A DNA stretch of 64,000 nt from an uncultured delta proteobacterium (GTDB lineage Bacteria > Myxococcota > Myxococcia > Myxococcales > Myxococcaceae): the NCBI GenBank assembly GCA_963776345.1, contig CAVZMH010000012.1, positions 32,001 to 96,000 on the forward strand, read 5' to 3'. Below, one piece after another: positions 1 to 13,423 of this stretch (positions are counted from its first letter, which is position 1; each line of letters opens with the position of its first letter). The translations under genes were made by a program, and so were the position numbers. Under the pieces are notes generated by a model. The model had not been told where the DNA came from. It searched no databases and saw only the letters and a list, made by a program, of their open reading frames with translations.

Positions 1-1144
<1,144 letters not shown>

Positions 1145-1148
<4 letters not shown>

Positions 1149-2374
1149 GCCCCTTCTCCCGACGCCAGTTCCTCCGCTCGGCCGGCGCGCTGGCCGCGCT
1201 CGGCGCCGTGCCCGGCTTCCTCGGACGGGCGCTCGCCGCGTCGAGCCCGGGCGCCCAGAAGACGCTGGTGCTGGTCTTCCTCCGCGGCGGCGCGGACGGC
1301 CTCTCCATCGTCCCGCCGGTCGGCGACCCGGCGTACCGGGCCGCGCGCCCGACGCTCGCGCTCGCGCCGCCGGGCAAGGAGGGAGGCGCGCTCCGCCTCG
1401 ACGACGTCTTCGCCCTGCACCCGGCGCTCGCCCCGCTGCTCCCGCTGTGGAGGGACGGCACCCTGGGCATCGTGCACGCCGCAGGGCTCCCCGGCGCCAC
1501 CCGCTCGCACTTCGACGCGCAGGACTTCTGCGAGAGCGGCACGCCGGGGACGAAGTCCACCGCCGACGGCTGGGTGAACCGCGCCGTGCAGCGCGCGCCC
1601 GGCCCGGACGGCGCCTTCCGCGTGGTGGCGCTGCAGCCCACCCTCCCGCGGATGCTGGTGGGCGACGCGCCGGCGGTGGCGATGTCCTCGCTCGGTCAGT
1701 TCCGGCTCCCCGGCGGCCCCGGCGGGAGCAACGCCTTCGACGCGCTCTACGCCCAGGCGGTGGACACCGCGCTGCGGACGACCGGACTCGAGACCTTCGA
1801 GGCGCTGCGCGAGGCAGGCTCGGCGAAGCTGGCGCAGCTCCCACCGGCCAACGGCGCCGAGTACGCGGCGGCGCCCATCGCCCGGCGGCTGCAGGACGTC
1901 GCCCGTCTCATCCGCTCCGGCGTGGGGCTCCAGGTCGCCGTCACCGACATGGGCGGCTGGGACACCCACGTGGGCGAGGGGACGGAGAAGGGGCAGCTCG
2001 CGTCGCGGCTGTCCGAGCTCGGCGGGGCGCTCGCTGCCTTCGCGCGCGACCTGGGCGCACGCTGGGCCGACACCCGGGTGGTGGTGATGACCGAGTTCGG
2101 GCGCACCGCGCGCGAGAACGGCAACCGCGGCACCGACCACGGGACCGCCTCGGTGATGCTGGTCCTCGGCGGCGGGGTGCGCGGCGGCCGGGTGGTGGGC
2201 GGCTACCGCGGCCTCGCCAGGTCCGAGCTCTTCGAGGAGCGGGACCTGGCCATCGGCACCGACGTGCGCTCGGTGCTCTGGGAGGCCGCGCGGGCGCAGC
2301 TCGACCTGCGCGACGCCTCGGCGGTGTTCCCGGGGTTCAGCCCCGGGTCACCGGTGCTCGGCAGGGACGCCTAG
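1145..2374 (+). CDS. DUF1501 family protein, Tat-exported
   Basis: ATG overlaps previous TGA; SRRQFLR twin-arginine signal; FLRGGADGL, RSHFDAQ, GGWDTH, TEFGRT, GTDHG motifs. Confidence 0.9.
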
Positions 2375-2388
2375 CTCCGCGGAGGGGC

Positions 2389-2649
2389 TCAGGCGGTGCG
2401 GCGGCGCTTGGCGAAGCCCACCAGGAGCAGCACGACGATGGCGCCGACGATGGACCAGATGAGCCCGGTCGGATGCAGGTCCAGGAGGTCCCCGCCGGTG
2501 AGGAGCGAGCCGAGCAGGCCTCCGACGAAGCTGCCGACGATGCCGAGCAGGATGGTCGCGAGCCATCCCATCGACTGGCTGCCAGGGACGATGGCCCGAG
2601 CGATGAGACCCGCCACCAGCCCAATCACGATCATTGTGAGGATGCCCAC
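2389..2649 (-). CDS. GlsB/YeaQ/YmgE family (transglycosylase-associated) membrane protein
   Basis: 86 aa hydrophobic; GLVAGLIARAIVPG, LGIVGSFVGG, SIVGAIVVL. Confidence 0.88.
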   Translation of the reverse strand: MGILTMIVIGLVAGLIARAIVPGSQSMGWLATILLGIVGSFVGGLLGSLLTGGDLLDLHPTGLIWSIVGAIVVLLLVGFAKRRRTA

Positions 2650-2868
2650 GGTCCTACCTCCTGTCGGCGGCCCCCGGAGGTCCGGATGGTCTTCGACGGT
2701 TGAGATGTATGACGTGTGCGCAGAGGGACCAGTGCGACCAAGGGCCTACTCGGGGAGACATTCTGTTCCCGACGTACTCGAGACCCACTGAACTCGGGTT
2801 CGTGGGTCACCTTTGCGTACAGGAACCGACACGACATGGGGGATGACAGTCGGCCACGCTGGGGGCCG

Positions 2869-3717
2869 ATGCGAGAAACGCTTGCCGTCACGGCGCCCTA
2901 CGACGCGGCCTGGGTGCTCGAGTTCCTCGGAGCGCGCGCCCTCCCCGGCGTCGAGCGAGTGGAGGGCGCCGTCTGGGAGCGGGCCACGCTCATCCGTGGC
3001 CACCCGGTGTTGATCCGAGTCCACGTCCGCCCGGACGGACTGGACGTCGAGACGCCGGAGCGGCTGGAACCGCTCTCCCGAGCTCGGCTGGAGCGACTGT
3101 TCGACACCCGCACCGACGTGGCAGGGGTGCGTGCGGCGCTCGCGCGCGATGCGCGGCTGCGGCGGACGATGGAGCGGCGCCCCGGCCTGCGCGTGCCTGG
3201 CGCATGGGAGCCGTTCGAGACCGCGGTGCGGGCCATCATCGGGCAGCAGATCTCGGTGGTGGCAGCGGTCACCGTCGCCCGCCGCCTGGTCGAGGCGTTT
3301 GGCACGCCGTGGCCCGAGTTGCCCGGCGGGCCGTGGCGGGGCTTTCCCTCGCCGGAGGTGCTGGCCAGCGCGCCGCTCGAGCAGGTGCCAGGTCTTCGCC
3401 TTCGCGCGCCGGTGGTCCGCGCGCTCGCCTCGGCCGTGTGCTCGGGCGCGCTCCGCCTCGACGGTAGCTGGCCGCTCGAGCAGGTGGAGCGCGCGCTCCG
3501 TTCCATCCGCGGCATCGGGCCATGGACCGCCTCCATCGTGGCCCTGCGCGCGCTGGGCGATCCCGACGCGCTCCCCGCCGCGGACCTCGGCCTGCGTCGG
3601 GCGCTCGGACGCGGACGGCGGCTGGCGAGCGCGCGCGAGGTGGAACGGCGCGCGGAGCGCTGGCGGCCGTGGCGCGGGTACGCGACGCTGTGGCTCTGGT
3701 CGGAGGGCGCGACGTGA
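2869..3717 (+). CDS. alkA: DNA-3-methyladenine glycosylase II (AlkA_N + HhH-GPD), no Ada regulatory domain
   Basis: PGLRVPGAWEPFETAVRAIIGQQISV, IRGIGPWTA (HhH), DALPAADLG, WRPWRGYA; start uncertain (2836 or 2869). Confidence 0.88.
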   Translation: MRETLAVTAPYDAAWVLEFLGARALPGVERVEGAVWERATLIRGHPVLIRVHVRPDGLDVETPERLEPLSRARLERLFDTRTDVAGVRAALARDARLRRTMERRPGLRVPGAWEPFETAVRAIIGQQISVVAAVTVARRLVEAFGTPWPELPGGPWRGFPSPEVLASAPLEQVPGLRLRAPVVRALASAVCSGALRLDGSWPLEQVERALRSIRGIGPWTASIVALRALGDPDALPAADLGLRRALGRGRRLASAREVERRAERWRPWRGYATLWLWSEGAT

Positions 3718-4232
3718 GGAGACTCGAGATCGGCGTGTACCACTCGCCCGTCGGCCCGCTCGGGCTCGCCGCCGAGGACGGGGTGCTGGTGGCGGTCACC
3801 TTCGACGGGCTCGAGCCGCTGCGCGCCTGGGTGACCCGGGCGCTCGGGCCCTGCGAGGCGCTACCGGACGCCGACCCTGCCGGCGTCTCGGCCGCGCTCC
3901 GGCGCTTCTTCTCCGGCCAGCTGGATGCGCTGGCCTCGGTCCCGGTCCGGCTCCATGGCACCGAGTTCCAGCGGCGCACGTGGGAGGCGCTCCGCCGCAT
4001 CCCCGCGGGCACGACCTGGACCTATCGCCGGCTCGCCGAGGAGCTCGGGGATCCGCGGGCGACCCGGGCGGTCGGCGCGGCGAACGGACAGAACCCGGTC
4101 CCGGTGGTGGTCCCCTGCCACCGGGTCATCGGCTCGGACGGCGGGCTCACCGGCTTCGGCGGTGGTCTGGAGCGCAAGCGATGGCTCCTGCAGCACGAGG
4201 GCGCGCTCCAGCCTGTGCTGCCGCTGGAATGA
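3714..4232 (+). CDS. ogt: Methylated-DNA--protein-cysteine methyltransferase
   Basis: GTEFQRRTW, RAVGAANGQNP, active-site PCHRV; GTG overlaps alkA stop. Confidence 0.93.
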   Translation: MRRLEIGVYHSPVGPLGLAAEDGVLVAVTFDGLEPLRAWVTRALGPCEALPDADPAGVSAALRRFFSGQLDALASVPVRLHGTEFQRRTWEALRRIPAGTTWTYRRLAEELGDPRATRAVGAANGQNPVPVVVPCHRVIGSDGGLTGFGGGLERKRWLLQHEGALQPVLPLE

Positions 4233-4278
4233 GCCTGGTGCGGGGGACCGAGTTCTCGTCCAGACTGCGCGCCTTCAC

Positions 4279-6003
4279 ATGGCACGACCGACCGCCTCGC
4301 TCCAGACCCACGCCGAGCTCACCCGCTACGCCGAGACCGGACCCGCCGAGGAGGTGGACGCGCTCGCCCGCGCCTTCGTCCGCCGCTTCCAGGGGCGGGT
4401 GCGCGCCGAACGCTTCGGCGCCACGCCCGAGGGCCGTCCACTCTGGATGCTCGCCGCGAGCGACGACGGGACGCTCACCCCCGAACGGGCGCGACGCCGT
4501 GGACGGCCGGTGGTGTTCGCGCTGGCGGGCATCCACCCCGGAGAGATCGACGGGAAGGACGCCGGGTTCCAGCTGCTGCGCGAGCTGCTCGAGGGCACCG
4601 CCCTCCCCGCGGTTCTCCGGGAGCTCACCTTCGTCTTCGTCCCCATCTTCAACCCGGACGGGCACGAGCACGCCTCGCCGCACCACCGCCCCAACCAGAA
4701 CGGACCGCGCGTCCAGGGCTGGCGCTCCACCGCCCGGAACCTGAACCTGAACCGCGACTGGATGAAGGCGGACTCGCCGGAGATGCGGGCGCTCCTGCCG
4801 CAGCTCGGGGCGTGGGACCCGCTGGTGTTCCTCGACCTCCACGTCACCGACGGCGCGCACTTCCAGCCGGACGTCTCGCTGCTGGTCGCGCCGCTCATCG
4901 AAGGGCCACCGGCGATGCAGGCCATGGCCCGGGTGCTCCAGGAGGAGATCCACGCCGAGCTGCGCGCCGGCGGGCACCTGCCGCTCGACTTCTACCCCGC
5001 GCTGGTGCGGGAGGACGATCCGGCCTCGGGCTTCACCCGGACGGTCTACCCGCCGCGCTTCTCGCACACCTACTGGGGGCTCCGGCACCGGCTGGCGGTG
5101 CTGGTCGAGACGCACAGCTGGAAGGACTACCGGACGCGGGTCCTCACCACGCGCGACCTGCTCGCCGCAGCGCTGCGCTCGGTCCGGACGCACGGGCCGG
5201 CGTGGCGGGTGCGGATGCGCGGCCTGGACCAGGACACCGCGCGGAAGCCGCCCGCGGCGCTCGACCTCGCCTTCGCCGCGACCGAGGAGACCGAGACCAT
5301 CGAGTTTCCGGGGTACGCCTACGACCGCGCGCCGTCGCCGGCGACGGGCGGGACGTACCTCCGCTTCCACCTGGACCGGCCGGAGGTCTGGCGTGTGCCG
5401 CTCCGGAGCCGGATGGTCCCGACCACCCGCGTGCAGCTGCCCCGCGGCGGCTGGGCCGTGCCACCGGGCTGGGCCGAGGTGGTGGCCTCCGCGCTCGACC
5501 CGCACGGCGTCGAGCACCGGAGGCTGACCCGCGCCACCCCGGCGCGTGTGTCGACGTTCGAGCTGACCGACCCGCGCCCGGCCGCGGCCCCGTCCGAGGG
5601 CCGGCAGCGCCTGGAGCCCGCCGGGGCCTGGTCGGCGGCGCGCTCGCAGCAGCTCCCCCGCGGGACCCTGGTCATCCCCATCGCGCAGCCCCGGGCCGAG
5701 CTGGCGGCCCACCTGCTCGAGCCCACCGGGCCCGACTCGCTGATGGCCTGGGGCACGTTCAACGCCGCCTTCCAGCAGCAGGAGTACGTCGAGGCGTACC
5801 TGCTCGAGCCCTGGGCCGAGGCGGAGCTGGCGCGCGACGCCGCGCTGCGGGCGGCGTTCGAGGAGCGGCTGCGCGATCCGGCGTTCGCCGCCGACCCGGA
5901 CGCGCGGCGCCGCTTCTTCCTCGTGCGGCATCCCTCGTACGACCAGCGCATCCGGAGGGCGACGGTGCTGCGGCTCGCTGCGCCGCTGGCGAGCCGGAGC
6001 TAA
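4279..6003 (+). CDS. M14 family zinc carboxypeptidase-like protein
   Basis: GIHPGEIDG (HxxE), NPDGHE, NLNLNRD, DLHVTDG. Confidence 0.85.
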   Translation: MARPTASLQTHAELTRYAETGPAEEVDALARAFVRRFQGRVRAERFGATPEGRPLWMLAASDDGTLTPERARRRGRPVVFALAGIHPGEIDGKDAGFQLLRELLEGTALPAVLRELTFVFVPIFNPDGHEHASPHHRPNQNGPRVQGWRSTARNLNLNRDWMKADSPEMRALLPQLGAWDPLVFLDLHVTDGAHFQPDVSLLVAPLIEGPPAMQAMARVLQEEIHAELRAGGHLPLDFYPALVREDDPASGFTRTVYPPRFSHTYWGLRHRLAVLVETHSWKDYRTRVLTTRDLLAAALRSVRTHGPAWRVRMRGLDQDTARKPPAALDLAFAATEETETIEFPGYAYDRAPSPATGGTYLRFHLDRPEVWRVPLRSRMVPTTRVQLPRGGWAVPPGWAEVVASALDPHGVEHRRLTRATPARVSTFELTDPRPAAAPSEGRQRLEPAGAWSAARSQQLPRGTLVIPIAQPRAELAAHLLEPTGPDSLMAWGTFNAAFQQQEYVEAYLLEPWAEAELARDAALRAAFEERLRDPAFAADPDARRRFFLVRHPSYDQRIRRATVLRLAAPLASRS

Positions 6004-6087
6004 GTTAGCCGAGGTCGTCGGGCCGGGGGCGCGGCGCGCCGGTGCGCGGACGGTCCCCGGGCCGGGGAGCGCGTTCCCCGCACCTCC

Positions 6088-6423
6088 TCAGGCGCTCGAG
6101 CCCTCGGCCGGACCGAAGAAGACCAGCGCCTCCAGCGTCTCCCGGATGTCGACGAAGCGGTGCTCGAGCCGGGCGGGGACGAAGAGCACCGCCCCCGGGC
6201 CAACCTCCCGCTCGTCGTCACCGGCGCGAAAACGGCACCGCCCGCGGACGACCACGTAGACCTCGTCCTCGGAGTGGGGCTGCTGCAGGTCGGTGGCGCC
6301 CGCCTCCAGCCGGTAGAGGCCGCCGCTCAGGTCCGGGACGCGGAGGAACTCGAGGTAGCGGCGGCCCGCGGCGTTTCGCGTGACTTCCAGCGACTCCACT
6401 GTCGTGAACAGCGCCTCACCCAT
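6088..6423 (-). CDS. Cupin domain protein
   Basis: QQPHSEDEVYVVVRG and LFVPARLEHRF cupin motifs. Confidence 0.85.
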   Translation of the reverse strand: MGEALFTTVESLEVTRNAAGRRYLEFLRVPDLSGGLYRLEAGATDLQQPHSEDEVYVVVRGRCRFRAGDDEREVGPGAVLFVPARLEHRFVDIRETLEALVFFGPAEGSSA

Positions 6424-6510
6424 CGTCGAACCTCCCAGCGCGGCGGCCCGGCTCAGCGTTCGATCGCCGGCGCGACCCCCGAGCGGGAGCTCGGGCGCGG
6501 CGTCCCCCCT

Positions 6511-9000
<2,490 letters not shown>

Positions 9001-9192
9001 GCGCCCCTCACGCCGGAGCGCCGGAATTCTTACAGCCGCACGTCTCGCACCCCTCGCGGCCGCCGAGCCAGCACGCGGCCGAGTCGAGCCTCGTGTCCGG
9101 CACCGTCGCATCGGACTGTCCAGCGCTGACCCGTCGAGCCATCCCGCGCACGTAACCCCGCAGCCCCGAAGGTGCAACGGCCGCGGTGGTCC

Positions 9193-10743
9193 TCAGAGGT
9201 CCCGAAGGACCGTCCGCGCGCAGGCGAGCCCCGACGCCCCGAACACGCCGCCGCCGGGGTGGGTGCTGGCCCCGGTCAGGTACAGGCCGCCGACCGGTGT
9301 GCGGTACCTCGACAGCGCGGGCGTGGGCCGGAACACGAACATCTGGTCCAGCGACATCTCCAGATGCATCACGTTTCCGTGCAGCAGCCCGAAGCGGCGC
9401 TCGAGGTCGAGGGGAGACTGGATGTGCCGGTGGAGGATGCGCCCGCGCATGTTGGGCGCGAAGCGGAACAGCTGCTCCAGGATGCGGTCCGCCTCGCGCT
9501 CCCGGATGCCGTCCCAGGTCTCGCCGCCGGCGAGGGCGTAGGGGTGGTACTGGCTCCAGAGGTAGCAGACGTGCTTCCCCGCGGGCGCCAGGTCCGGGTC
9601 GAACGCGGAGAAGGTCATCGCGATGACCTGCGGCTCCGAGGCGCTCCTTCCGAGCAGGTACTCGGCGTGGGCCTGCCGGACGGTGGTCTCGGACCGCGCG
9701 AGGAGCTGGAGCCCCATGTGCCGGTCGACCGGCGCGCCGGTGGGCTCGCCCAGGTACTCGGGGAGCGCCTCGGTGGCGCAGCGGACGGCCATGCCGAACC
9801 CGTTGCCCACCCGCGTCGCGGCGACCTCCTCGCGGACCGCCGGAGGCAGGTGCTCGGCGCCGAGCAGCTGGAGCAGCGTGGTGCGGACGTGCGCGCCGGA
9901 GACGACCAGGTCCGCCTCCATGCGCTCCCCGCCGGCGAGCGTCAGTCCGCGCACCCGCCCTCCCTCCACGTCGATGCGCTCCACCGGGGTCTCGGTGCGC
10001 ACCGCGCCTCCGTCCGCGGCAAGACGGCCGGCGAGCGCGCGGGTGAGCATCCCCGAGCCGCCGCGCGGGTGCTTGGCGCCGGTCCGGTGCACCACCGCGT
10101 GCCAGCCCACGAACGGGGCCGAGGCACGCTCGTCGGGCCCGGGGCCGGATTGCGCGGCGAGCCAGAGCAGCGCGGCCCGCACCGGCGCGGAGCGGAAGCG
10201 CCGCTCGATGACGTCGCCGTAGCTCTGGAGGATTTCTTGAAGCCCGGCCGTCACCGGCCGCCGGGGGCCGGGGACGGTGAAGAAGCGGCGGCCCAGCGCC
10301 ATCGGCGTGGGCGGCTCCTGGAAGAGCTTGAACACCGCCTCCGAGAGCGGGGCCCAGTCCGCCACGAAGCGGCGGTACGCGTCGGCGTCCTCGGCGCTCA
10401 CCCGGGCGATGGAGGCGCAGGTCCGGTCGAGGTCCCGGTAGAACGCGAGGTGAGGCCCGTCCGGCGTCGGGTAGTACGCCCACGGGTCCATCTCGAGGTA
10501 CTCGAGCCCGTGCCTCGCGAGCTGCAGCTCCTCGAGGATCGGCGTGGCGTGGATCATGATGTGGGCCGAGCTGCCCACGTCGTAGAGGAAGCCGGGGAAC
10601 AGCTCCTCGGTGCAGACGGCGCCGCCCACCTGCCGGCTGCGCTCGAGCACCGTGACCCGGTGACCGGCCTTCGCCAGGTAGCAGGCGCAGACCAGCGCGT
10701 TGTGCCCCGACCCCACCACCGCCACGTGCCGTGCCCGCGCCAT
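9193..10743 (-). CDS. Phytoene desaturase-like NAD(P)/FAD-dependent oxidoreductase
   Basis: VVGSGHNALVCA Rossmann motif, VGGAVCTEE, C-terminal GLYLTGASTHPGGGVFGASG. Confidence 0.87.
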   Translation of the reverse strand: MARARHVAVVGSGHNALVCACYLAKAGHRVTVLERSRQVGGAVCTEELFPGFLYDVGSSAHIMIHATPILEELQLARHGLEYLEMDPWAYYPTPDGPHLAFYRDLDRTCASIARVSAEDADAYRRFVADWAPLSEAVFKLFQEPPTPMALGRRFFTVPGPRRPVTAGLQEILQSYGDVIERRFRSAPVRAALLWLAAQSGPGPDERASAPFVGWHAVVHRTGAKHPRGGSGMLTRALAGRLAADGGAVRTETPVERIDVEGGRVRGLTLAGGERMEADLVVSGAHVRTTLLQLLGAEHLPPAVREEVAATRVGNGFGMAVRCATEALPEYLGEPTGAPVDRHMGLQLLARSETTVRQAHAEYLLGRSASEPQVIAMTFSAFDPDLAPAGKHVCYLWSQYHPYALAGGETWDGIREREADRILEQLFRFAPNMRGRILHRHIQSPLDLERRFGLLHGNVMHLEMSLDQMFVFRPTPALSRYRTPVGGLYLTGASTHPGGGVFGASGLACARTVLRDL

Positions 10744-10757
10744 CCGGGCCGGAGACG

Positions 10758-11171
10758 CTATGACAGCTTCCTCCTCGGAGCATCGGAGCCGCGACCCATG
10801 CGGGTGGGCGGCTCGAGTTCGAGCCAGGCGGTGCGGCAGGCGAGGCAGGCGACCTTCCGGCCCTCGGGGAACGTCCGCTCGGTGACGACCTCCACCGCCG
10901 GCCCCTCGCCGGGCGGACATCGCGGGCAGCGCGCGCCGGGGGCCCGGACCCGGTAGGCGCGCTCGTAGGGTGGCAGGCGCAGCAGCTTGAACCATTCGAC
11001 CACCATCTCCTCGGAGAGCTGGACGTGGAGCCCGTGGCGCTCGGGCTGGACCAGGTCGTGGCGGAGCGCGAGCCAGTAGAGCCGCAGGGGCGCGAGGTGG
11101 CCGTGCATGCCCCGCTTCCGGAACTCGGCGCCGAGGCGCTTCACCATGGCCAGGAGCTCGCTCCGTTCCAT
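10758..11171 (-). CDS. Hypothetical protein with C-terminal CxxC...CxxC (putative Zn ribbon)
   Basis: 137 aa, protein-like composition, CPRC and CLAC pairs; fills the gap between same-strand genes. Confidence 0.65.
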   Translation of the reverse strand: MERSELLAMVKRLGAEFRKRGMHGHLAPLRLYWLALRHDLVQPERHGLHVQLSEEMVVEWFKLLRLPPYERAYRVRAPGARCPRCPPGEGPAVEVVTERTFPEGRKVACLACRTAWLELEPPTRMGRGSDAPRRKLS

Positions 11172-11174
11172 GAG

Positions 11175-11190
11175 CTGAACATATGTTCAG
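11175..11190. promoter_or_regulatory. Perfect palindrome CTGAACATATGTTCAG, Myxococcus-type LexA (SOS) box
   Basis: 16-bp perfect AT-rich inverted repeat in a GC-rich context; one mismatch to the M. xanthus LexA consensus CTRHAMRYBYGTTCAGS as I recall it. Confidence 0.7.
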
Positions 11191-11552
11191 ACGGAGGAAG
11201 CGGGCAACCGCCAAGCGCGGGCGAACCCGCCGCTCAGGACGAACCGGGGAAAGGTCAGCCACTGCTCGGCCAGGATGCGGGCGACGACGTCACCCGGTCC
11301 GCGGAACGGGTACGGCGGCGTTCCCTCCCGCCGGTGGGTGCGGCCCTGCAGCGCCATCGCCCCGGCCATCGCCACCAGTCCCGCGGCGGCCAGCCAGCTC
11401 CGGACGAAGGGCGCGACGAGCACCGCCACCGTCCCCAGCTGGAAGGCGGGCACCGTGAGCGCGTGGACGAGGAGGTTCCGGCGGTCGCGGTGTCCGGCGG
11501 GGTAGAGCGACCATTGCCAGGCGAGGAGTGAACCGTCGCGGGCGTCGGTCAT
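11187..11552 (-). CDS. Mpo1/DUF962-like small membrane protein
   Basis: YPAGHRDRRNLLVHALTVP and LQGRTHRRE His motifs, hydrophobic core. Confidence 0.7.
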   Translation of the reverse strand: MTDARDGSLLAWQWSLYPAGHRDRRNLLVHALTVPAFQLGTVAVLVAPFVRSWLAAAGLVAMAGAMALQGRTHRREGTPPYPFRGPGDVVARILAEQWLTFPRFVLSGGFARAWRLPASSV

Positions 11553-11609
11553 CGGCAGGCCCTCCGGGCGCCAGCGTGGCACATCACCGTGCCTGCGGGG
11601 GCGTTCCGC

Positions 11610-12266
11610 TCACCCGGGGGTGCCGAGGTCCACCGGGCGCGTGGCGACCACCTGCCGCGCCCGCTTTCGGCGGCGCGAGCGGAGCACATCGACGATCCGC
11701 ACCAGGAAGAGCGCTCCGAGGATGGCCGCCCAGGTCATCGGAACGCGCACGTCCAGCTTCACCCTCCAGATGAAGTGGACGACGGCCAGCACCCCCGCCA
11801 CGTAGGCCAGCCGGTGCAGCGCCTTCCACCGCAGGAACCCGAGCCGCCGGACCGAGGCGTCGGTGCTGGTCCAGACCAGCGGCAGGAGCGTCAGGAAGGC
11901 GAGGAAGCCCACCACCATGAACTTCCGCTGCGTCACGTCGCCCCAGAGCACCGACCAGTCGAACTGCTGATCGATGGCCACGTAGGTCGTGAGGTGGAGC
12001 GCGGCGTAGAAGGCGGTGAAGAGCCCGAGCATCCGCCGCACGCGAACGGGCCACGCCCAGCCGGTGAGGATCTTCAGCGGGGTGCAGGCGAGCGAGGCGA
12101 TCAGGAACACCAGCGCCAGGTACCCGAGCTGGTTCAGGCCAATGGCCACCGCGTCCGCCCCGAGCGTCCGGTGCCACGCGCGCCAGCCCAGCACCGCCAG
12201 CGGGATCAGCGCCCCGGCGAAGAGGCCGGGCTTCAACCAGGGAAGTGGCGGACTGCGGGGAGCCAT
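11610..12266 (-). CDS. msrQ: Methionine sulfoxide reductase heme-binding membrane subunit
   Basis: RRMLGL, YAALH, WKALHRLAY, VVHFIW; downstream of msrP. Confidence 0.92.
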   Translation of the reverse strand: MAPRSPPLPWLKPGLFAGALIPLAVLGWRAWHRTLGADAVAIGLNQLGYLALVFLIASLACTPLKILTGWAWPVRVRRMLGLFTAFYAALHLTTYVAIDQQFDWSVLWGDVTQRKFMVVGFLAFLTLLPLVWTSTDASVRRLGFLRWKALHRLAYVAGVLAVVHFIWRVKLDVRVPMTWAAILGALFLVRIVDVLRSRRRKRARQVVATRPVDLGTPG

Positions 12267-12270
12267 CGCT

Positions 12271-13263
12271 TCAGTAGAGCGTCCGCGGGTCGAGCCCGGC
12301 GTAGAGCTTCGCGACCTCGTCGGCGTAGCCGTTGAAGGGCAGCGTCTTGCGCCGGGCGAGCTCGCCGATGCGCCGCTCGGTGGCCTGGCTCCACCGCGGG
12401 TGCGAGACGTCGGGGTTCACGTTGGCGTAGAACCCGTACTCCCGCGGGCCCTCGAGCGCCCAGGTGGTCGGAGGCTGCTTCTCCACCAAGCTGATCTTCA
12501 CGATGCTCTTGATGCCCTTGAAGCCGTACTTCCAGGGCACCACCAGGCGCAGCGGCGCGCCGTTCTGGTTGGGAAGCGCCTTCCCGTAGAGCCCCGCGGC
12601 GAGCAGGGTCAGCGGATGGGTCGCCTCGTCCATCCGGAGGCCCTCGACGTACGGCCACTCGAGGATGTGCGTGCGCTGGAGCGGCATCTGCTGCGGATCC
12701 AGCAGGGTCTGGAAGGCGACGTACTTCGCCGATCCGAGCGGCTCGACGCGCCGGATGAGGTCGCCGAGCGGGAACCCCAGCCAGGGGATGACCATGCTCC
12801 ACGCTTCCACGCAGCGCATCCGGTAGACGCGCTCCTCGAGCGGGAACCACTTGAGGAGCTGGTCGATGTCGACGGTGAGCGGGTTCTTGACCAGCCCGTC
12901 GACGGTCACGGTCCACGGCCGCGTCCTCAGCGTGCCGGCGTTGGCCGCGGGGTCCGGCTTGTCCGTGCCGAACTCGTAGAAGTTGTTGTACCCGGTGATG
13001 TCCTCGTACCGGGTGGGCGTCTCATCCGTGCTGTAGCGGCCGAGAATCTTGAGTTGCGGCGGCTCGGGCGCGGGCTTCCCCTTCGCGCCTGCGGCGCGTG
13101 CGAGTCCCGGCCCGCCCTCGGTGAGGGCGACCAGCCCCGCGCCGGTCGCCGCCGCGGTGAGCACGCCCAGGCCGGCGTTCTTCAAGAATTCGCGGCGGCG
13201 GAGGTACAGGGGCTCGGGGGTGATCTCGCGGGAGGGAGGCTCGGGGGTCTCGGGCTTGGACAT
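12271..13263 (-). CDS. msrP: Periplasmic Mo-dependent protein-methionine-sulfoxide reductase catalytic subunit
   Basis: Tat [57 protein letters not shown]. Confidence 0.95.
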   Translation of the reverse strand: MSKPETPEPPSREITPEPLYLRRREFLKNAGLGVLTAAATGAGLVALTEGGPGLARAAGAKGKPAPEPPQLKILGRYSTDETPTRYEDITGYNNFYEFGTDKPDPAANAGTLRTRPWTVTVDGLVKNPLTVDIDQLLKWFPLEERVYRMRCVEAWSMVIPWLGFPLGDLIRRVEPLGSAKYVAFQTLLDPQQMPLQRTHILEWPYVEGLRMDEATHPLTLLAAGLYGKALPNQNGAPLRLVVPWKYGFKGIKSIVKISLVEKQPPTTWALEGPREYGFYANVNPDVSHPRWSQATERRIGELARRKTLPFNGYADEVAKLYAGLDPRTLY

Positions 13264-13283
13264 GAACGGGTTCCTCCCCGGTG

Positions 13284-13311
13284 AGACGCGCCAGGGCACC
13301 GGTGGGTTACA
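13284..13311 (-). promoter_or_regulatory. Putative ECF-sigma promoter of msrPQ
   Basis: Minus strand TGTAACC-N16-CGTCT, about 20 bp upstream of the msrP ATG. Confidence 0.45.
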
Positions 13312-13423
13312 TCCCGGACGGGCCCGGCGCCACTCACGGCCTCCGGCTTGACGGCCGGCCGTTCCCGGGTGGAAGTGTGGGGCTCCCCCGGGCCACGGGG
13401 AGCCGTCCGGGGGATCCCACTCC

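Noticed and set aside
9193..11262. 689-aa version of the oxidoreductase
   Set aside because: The Rossmann motif follows Met at 10743; the extension overlaps the 137-aa gene and the palindrome
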